DNA from: Utricularia gibba
Taxonomy: Eukaryota > Plantae > Magnoliophyta
Length of the DNA stretch: 20,942 nt
Direction of reading: 5' to 3'
NCBI GenBank assembly: GCA_002189035.1
Contig: NEEC01000337.1
Span: 1 to 20,942, forward strand
Shown: one piece after another, positions 14,201 through 20,942 of the stretch
Position numbering within the stretch: position 1 is the first letter of the stretch
Layout of the letters: the number at the start of each line of letters is the position of its first letter
Translations under genes and position numbers: made by a program
The notes under the pieces: model-generated
Database searches by the model: none
The model's input: only the letters and a program-made list of their open reading frames with translations
Told to the model about the DNA's origin: nothing

Positions 14201-17200
14201 ACTTTTCGTTGTGGTTTGTTTTTAATATGTCCACAGTTATGGGACAAACGTAACTCCAAATTATACTACTTGGAGCACGAATAGGGCTTCCCAATGGTGT
14301 GCTATGAAGAGTTAGCATCTGCATGTTTTGGAAGAGGTGCTTCGTGGACCAGGATGTGCGACATAGTCATTTCATTGCGCATCACCATTCGGGGTGCAGC
14401 CGAAAAATCACACGTGCACTGGATTCGTTAAAAGTAAACATTTTTGCGTACCTGGAGTATAATAGTGTTGGGATAAGTGATGCCACGAAATTCATGATGT
14501 AACATGTGACTTTTTTCCATCTTGATCGCATATCCGATGAAGTTTGACACAATATGTTTTGGCTGTTGATTGATTCAATTAGTTGCCATGATACTTCTGA
14601 TTCTTGATACACCATTCCCATACACCATGTCTCTAGTGGCTATTTGATTCTTTTGCCGTGTATCCCATTTGCATCAATTTCGAGAACGAGAAGCACATTA
14701 TTAAACGCAGCCACCAAGGAAGGACACGTAAGACACTTTTCGTTGTGGTTTGTTTTTAATATGTCCAGTTATGGGACAAACGTAACTCCAAATTATACTA
14801 CTTGGAGCACGAATAGGGCTTCCCAATGGTGTGCTATGAAGAGTTAGCATCTGCATGTTTTGGAAGAGGTGCTTCGTGGACAGGATGTGCGACATAGTCA
14901 TTTCATTGCGCATCACCATTCGGGTGCAGCCGAAAAATCACACGTGCACTGGATTCGTTAAAAGTAAACATTTTTGCGTACCTGGAGTATAATAGTGTTG
15001 GGATAAGTGATGCCACGAAATTCATGATGTAACATGTGACTTTTTTCCATCTTGATCGCATATCCGATGAAGTTTGACACCATATGTTTTGGCTGTTGAT
15101 TGATGCAATTAGTTGCCATGATACTTCTGATTCTTGATACACCATTCCCATACACCATGTCTCTAGTGGCTATTTGATTCTTTTGCCGTGTATCTTTTGC
15201 ATCAATTTCGAGAACGAGAAGCACATTATTAAACGCAGCCACCAAGGAAGGACACGTAAGACACTTTTCGTTGTGGTTTGTTTTTAATATGTCCACAGTT
15301 ATGGACAAACGTAACTCCAAATTATACTACTTGGAGCACGAATAGGGCTTCCAATGGTGTGCTATGAAGAGTTAGCATCTGCATGTTTTGGAAGAGGTGC
15401 TTCGTGACAGGATGTGCGACATAGTCATTTCATTGCGCATCACCATTCGGGTGCAGCCTAAAAATCACACGTGCACTGGATTCGTTAAAAGTAAACATTT
15501 TTGCGTACCTGGAGTATAATAGTGTTGGGATAAGTGATGCCACGAAATTCATGATGTAACATGTGACTTTTTTCCATCTTGATCGCATATCCGATGAAGT
15601 TTGACACCATATGTTTTGGCTGTTGATTGATGCAATTAGTTGCCATGATACTTCTGATTCTTGATACACCATTCCCATACACCATGTCTCTAGTGGCTAT
15701 TTGATTCTTTTGCCGTGTATCCCATTTTGCATCAATTTCGAGAACGAGAAGCATTATTAAACGCAGCCACCAAGGAAGGACACGTAAGACACTTTTCGTT
15801 GTGGTTTGTTTTTAATATGTCCAAAGTTATGGGACAAACGTAACTCCAAATTATACTACTTGGAGCACGAATAGGGCTTCCCAATGGTGTGCTATGAAGA
15901 GTTAGCATCTGCATGTTTTGGAAGAGGTGCTTCGTGGACCAGGATGTGCGACATAGTCATTTCATTGCGCATCACCATTCGGGTGCAGCCGAAAAATCAC
16001 ACGTGCACTGGATTCGTTAAAAGTAAACATTTTTGCGTACCTGGAGTATAATAGTGTTGGGATAAGTGATGCCACGAAATTCATGATGTAACATGTGACT
16101 TTTTCCATCTTGATCGCATATCCGATGAAGTTTGACACCATATGTTTTGGCTGTTGATTGATGCAATTAGTTGCCATGATACTTCTGATTCTTGATACAC
16201 CATTCCCATACACCATGTCTCTAGTGGCTATTTGATTCTTTTGCCGTGTATCTTTTGCATCAATTTCGAGAACGAGAAGCACATTATTAAACGCAGCCAC
16301 CAAGGAAGGACACGTAAGACACTTTTCGTTGTGGTTTGTTTTTAATATGTCCACAGTTATGGGACAAACGTAACTCCAAATTATACTACTTGGAGCACGA
16401 ATAGGGCTTCCCAATGGTGTGCTATGAAGAGTTAGCATCTGCATGTTTTGGAAGAGGTGCTTCGTGACCAGGATGTGCGACATAGTCATTTCATTGCGCA
16501 TCACCATTCGGGGTGCAGCCGAAAAACACACGTGCACTGGATTCGTTAAAAGTAAACATTTTTGCGTACCTGGAGTATAATAGTGTTGGGATAAGTGATG
16601 CCACGAAATTCATGATGTAACATGTGACTTTTTTCCATCTTGATCGCATATCCGATGAAGTTTGACACAATATGTTTCGGCTGTTGATTGATTCAATTAG
16701 TTGCCATGATACTTGATTCTTGATACACCATTCCCATACACCATGTCTCTAGTGGCTATTTGATTCTTTTGCCGTGTATCCCATTTGCATCAATTTCGAG
16801 AACGAGAAGCACATTATTAAACGCAGCCACCAAGGAAGGACACGTAAGACACTTTTCGTTGTGGTTTGTTTTTAATATGTCCAGTTATGGGACAAACGTA
16901 ACTCCAAATTATACTACTTGGAGCACGAATAGGGCTTCCAATGGTGTGCTATGAAGAGTTAGCATCTGCATGTTTTGGAAGAGGTGCTTCGTGACAGGAT
17001 GTGCGACATAGTCATTTCATTGCGCATCACCATTCGGGTGCAGCCTAAAAATCACACGTGCACTGGATTCGTTAAAAGTAAACATTTTTGCGTACCTGGA
17101 GTATAATAGTGTTGGGATAAGTGATGCCACGAAATTCATGATGTAACATGTGACTTTTTTCCATCTTGATCGCATATCCGATGAAGTTTGACACCATATG

Positions 17201-20200
17201 TTTTGGATGTTGATTGATGCAATTAGTTGCCATGATACTTCTGATTCTTGATACACCATTCCCATACACCATGTCTCTAGTGGCTATTTGATTCTTTTGC
17301 CGTGTATCTTTTTTGCATCAATTTCGAGAACGAGAGCACATTATTAAACGCAGCCACCAAGGAAGGACACGTAAGACACTTTTCGTTGTGGTTTGTTTTT
17401 AATATGTCCACAGTTATGGGACAAACGTAACTCCAAATTATACTACTTGGAGCACGAATAGGGCTTCCCAATGGTGTGCTAGGAAGAGTTAGCTCTGCAT
17501 GTTTTGGAAGAGGTGCTTCGTGGACCGGGATGTGCGACATAGTCATTTCATTGCGCATCACCATTCGGGGTGCAGCCGAAAAATCACACGTTTACTGGAT
17601 TCGTTAAAAGTAAACATTTTTGCGTACCTGGTGTATAATAGTGTTGGGATAAGTGATGCCACGAAATTCATGATGTAACATGTGACTTTTTCCATCTTGA
17701 TCGCATATCCGATGAAGTTTGACACAATATGTTTTGGCTGTTGATTGATGCAATTAGTTGCCATGATACTTCTGATTCTTGATACACCATTCCCATACAC
17801 CATGTCTCTAGTGGCTATTTGATTCTTTTGCCGTGTATCCCATTTGCATCAATTTCGAGAACGAGAAGCACATTATTAAACGCAGCCACCAAGGAAGGAC
17901 ACGTAAGACACTTTTCGTTGTGGTTTGTTTTTAATATGTCCGCAGTTATGGGACAAACGTAACTCCAAATTATACTTCTTGGAGCACGAATAGGGCTTCC
18001 CAATGGTGTGCTATGAAGAGTTAGCATCTGCATGTTTTGGAAGAGGTGCTTCGTGGACCAGGATGTGCGACATAGTCATTTCATTGCGCATCACCATTCG
18101 GGGTGCAGCCGAAAAATCACACGTGCACTGGATTCGTTAAAAGTAAACATTTTTGCGTACCTGGAGTATAATAGTGTTGGGATAAGTGATGCCACGAAAT
18201 TCATGATGTAACATGTGACTTTTTTCCATCTTGATCGCATATCCGATGAAGTTTGACACATATGTTTTGGCTGTTGATTGATGCAATTAGTTGCCATGAT
18301 ACTTCTGATTCTTGATACACCATTCCCATACACCATGTCTCTAGTGGCTATTTGATTCTTTTGCCGTGTATCTTTGCATCAATTTCGAGAACGAGAAGCA
18401 CATTATTAAACGCAGCCACCAAGGAAGGACACGTAAGACACTTTTCGTTGTGGTTTGTTTTTAATATGTCCACAGTTATGGGACAAACGTAACTCCAATT
18501 ATACTACTTGGAGCACGAATAGGGCTTCCCAATGGTGTGCTATGAAGAGTTAGCATCTGCATGTTTTGGAAGAGGTGCTTCGTGACAGGATGTGCGACAT
18601 AGTCATTTCATTGCGCATCACCATTCGGGTGCAGCCGAAAAATCACACGTGCACTGGATTCGTTAAAAGTAAACATTTTTGCGTACCTGGAGTATAATAG
18701 TGTTGGGATAAGTGATGCCACGAAATTCATGATGTAACATGTGACTTTTTTCCATCTTGATCGCATATCCGATGAAGTTTGACACCATATGTTTTGGCTG
18801 TTGATTGATGCAATTAGTTGCCATGATACTTCTGATTCTTGATACACCATTCCCATACACCATGTCTCTAGTGGCTATTTGATTCTTTTGCCGTGTATCT
18901 TGTTTGCATCAATTTCGAGAACGAGAAGCACATTATTAAACGCAGCCACCAAGGAAGGACACGTAAGACACTTTTCGTTGTGGTTTGTTTTTAATATGTC
19001 CACAGTTATGGGACAAACGTAACTCCAATTATACTACTTGGAGCACGAATAGGGCTTCCCAATGGTGTGCTATGAAGAGTTAGCATCTGCATGTTTTGGA
19101 AGAGGTGCTTCGTGGACCAGGATGTGCGACATAGTCATTTCATTGCGCATCACCATTCGGGGTGCAGCCGAAAATCACACGTGCACTGGATTCGTTAAAA
19201 GTAAACATTTTTGCGTACCTGGAGTATAATAGTGTTGGGATAAGTGATGCCACGAAATTCATGATGTAACATGTGACTTTTTCCATCTTGATCGCATATC
19301 CGATGAAGTTTGACACCATATGTTTTGGCTGTTGATTGATGCAATTAGTTGCCATGATACTTCTGATTCTTGATACACCATTCCCATACACCATGTCTCT
19401 AGTGGCTATTTGATTCTTTTGCCGTGTATCCATTTGCATCAATTTCGAGAACGAGAAGCACATTATTAAACGCAGCCACCAAGGAAGGACACGTAAGACA
19501 CTTTTCGTTGTGGTTTGTTTTTAATATGTCCACAGTTATGGGACAAACGTAACTCCAAATTATACTACTTGGAGCACGAATAGGGCTTCCCAATGGTGTG
19601 CTATGAAGAGTTAGCATCTGCATGTTTTGGAAGAGGTGCTTCGTGGACCAGGATGTGCGACATAGTCATTTCATTGCGCATCACCATTCGGGGTGCAGCC
19701 GAAAATCACACGTGCACTGGATTCGTTAAAAGTAAACATTTTTGCGTACCTGGAGTATAATAGTGTTGGGATAAGTGATGCCACGAAATTCATGATGTAA
19801 CATGTGACTTTTTCCATCTTGATCGCATATCCGATGAAGTTTGACACCATATGTTTTGGCTGTTGATTGATTCAATTAGTTGCCATGATACTTCTGATTC
19901 TTGATACACCATTCCCATACACCATGTCTCTAGTGGCTATTTGATTCTTTTGCCGTGTATCCCATTTGCATCAATTTCGAGAACGAGAAGCACATTATTA
20001 AACGCAGCCACCAAGGAAGGACACGTAAGACACTTTTCGTTGTGGTTTGTTTTTAATATGTCCGCAGTTATGGGACAAACGTAACTCCAAATTATACTTC
20101 TTGGAGCACGAATAGGGCTTCCCAATGGTGTGCTATGAAGAGTTAGCATCTGCATGTTTTGGAAGAGGTGCTTCGTGACAGGATGTGCGACATAGTCATT

Positions 20201-20664
20201 TCATTGCGCATCACCATTCGGGTGCAGCCTAAAAATCACACGTGCACTGGATTCGTTAAAAGTAAACATTTTTGCGTACCTGGAGTATAATAGTGTTGGG
20301 ATAAGTGATGCCACGAAATTCATGATGTAACATGTGACTTTTTTCCATCTTGATCGCATATCCGATGAAGTTTGACACCATATGTTTTGGATGTTGATTG
20401 ATGCAATTAGTTGCCATGATACTTCTGATTCTTGATACACCATTCCCATACACCATGTCTCTAGTGGCTATTTGATTCTTTTGCCGTGTATCTTGTTTGC
20501 ATCAATTTCGAGAACGAGAAGCACATTATTAAACGCAGCCACCAAGGAAGGACACGTAAGACACTTTTCGTTGTGGTTTGTTTTTAATATGTCCACAGTT
20601 ATGGGACAAACGTAACTCCAAATTATACTACTTGGAGCACGAATAGGGCCCAATGGTGTGCTAT

Positions 20665-20942
20665 GAAGAGTTAGCTCTGCATGTTTTGGAAGAGGTGCTT
20701 CGTGGACCAGGATGTGCGACATAGTCATTTCATTGCGCATCACCATTCGGGGTGCAGCCGAAAAATCACACGTTTACTGGATTCGTTAAAAGTAAACATT
20801 TTTGCGTACCTGGTGTATAATAGTGTTGGGATAAGTGATGCCACGAAATTCATGATGTAACATGTGACTTTTTCCATCTTGATCGCATATCGATGAAGTT
20901 TGACACCATATGTTTTGGCAGTTGATTGATGCAATTAGTTGC
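20665..20942. repeat. Partial 40th monomer truncated by the window end
   Basis: It starts GAAGAGTTAGCTCTGC and follows the monomer to ...GCAATTAGTTGC, with no sign of an array boundary. Confidence 0.95.

Larger units (their letters stand above)
1..20942. repeat. Tandem array of a ~534-bp monomer (satellite-like DNA), 39 full copies plus a partial copy, running off both window ends
   Basis: The anchor GAAGAGTTAG recurs at 1, 528, 1062, (copy 4 start lost in the scrambled segment near 1570-1600), 2093, 2624, 3155, 3683, ~4213, 4744, 5278, 5808, 6339, 6872, 7402, 7934, 8468, 8999, 9530, 10062, 10593, 11124, 11658, 12189, 12719, 13247, 13776, 14306, 14838, 15366, 15896, 16426, 16953, 17483, 18015, 18544, 19074, 19605, 20137 and 20665. 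All copies are in the same orientation, have no unique spacer, and differ only at roughly 15-20 recurrent sites plus a few private small deletions. The ORF track repeats with the same period. Confidence 0.98.

Noticed and set aside
516-20934. The ~80 ORFs of 60-120 aa in the track as genes
   Set aside because: They are the same 3-5 frames repeated per monomer, and their termini swap with single-base indels. There is no recognisable domain, and the frame is not conserved across copies.
1-20942. CRISPR array or other repeat-spacer system
   Set aside because: There are no unique spacers. The full 534 bp is repeated, and no cas-like or other gene is present.
1-20942. Rolling-circle concatemer or raw read of a single small circular DNA/RNA (viroid-like, eccDNA)
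   Set aside because: A single template would give identical units with unlinked random errors, whereas here alleles recur at fixed sites and are linked in haplotypes. There is also no extended rod-like self-complementarity by eye. Not formally excluded without read data.

Overview
The whole 20,942-bp window is one uninterrupted head-to-tail tandem array of satellite-type DNA: 39 complete copies plus a 278-bp partial copy of a ~41% GC monomer. The undeleted monomer is 534 bp, and observed copies run 527-534 bp (mean ~530). I can support no protein-coding gene, RNA gene, CRISPR array or mobile element; every ORF in the track is the same few 60-90-codon frames recurring once per monomer and reshuffled by indels. 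The informative signal is the variation between copies. (1) Most indels sit exactly on biallelic substitution sites and are nearly all deletions, which looks like consensus-calling over mixed repeat copies and would be novel only if it proved real. (2) Substitution alleles are linked into A- and B-type monomers that tend to alternate, with a phase switch around copies 7-10. (3) Rare alleles recur at a 22-copy (~11.7 kb) lag, hinting at a blurred higher-order repeat. (4) One scrambled, shortened junction lies at 1567-1607. I cannot identify the organism or repeat family from the sequence alone. All counts are manual and should be recomputed.
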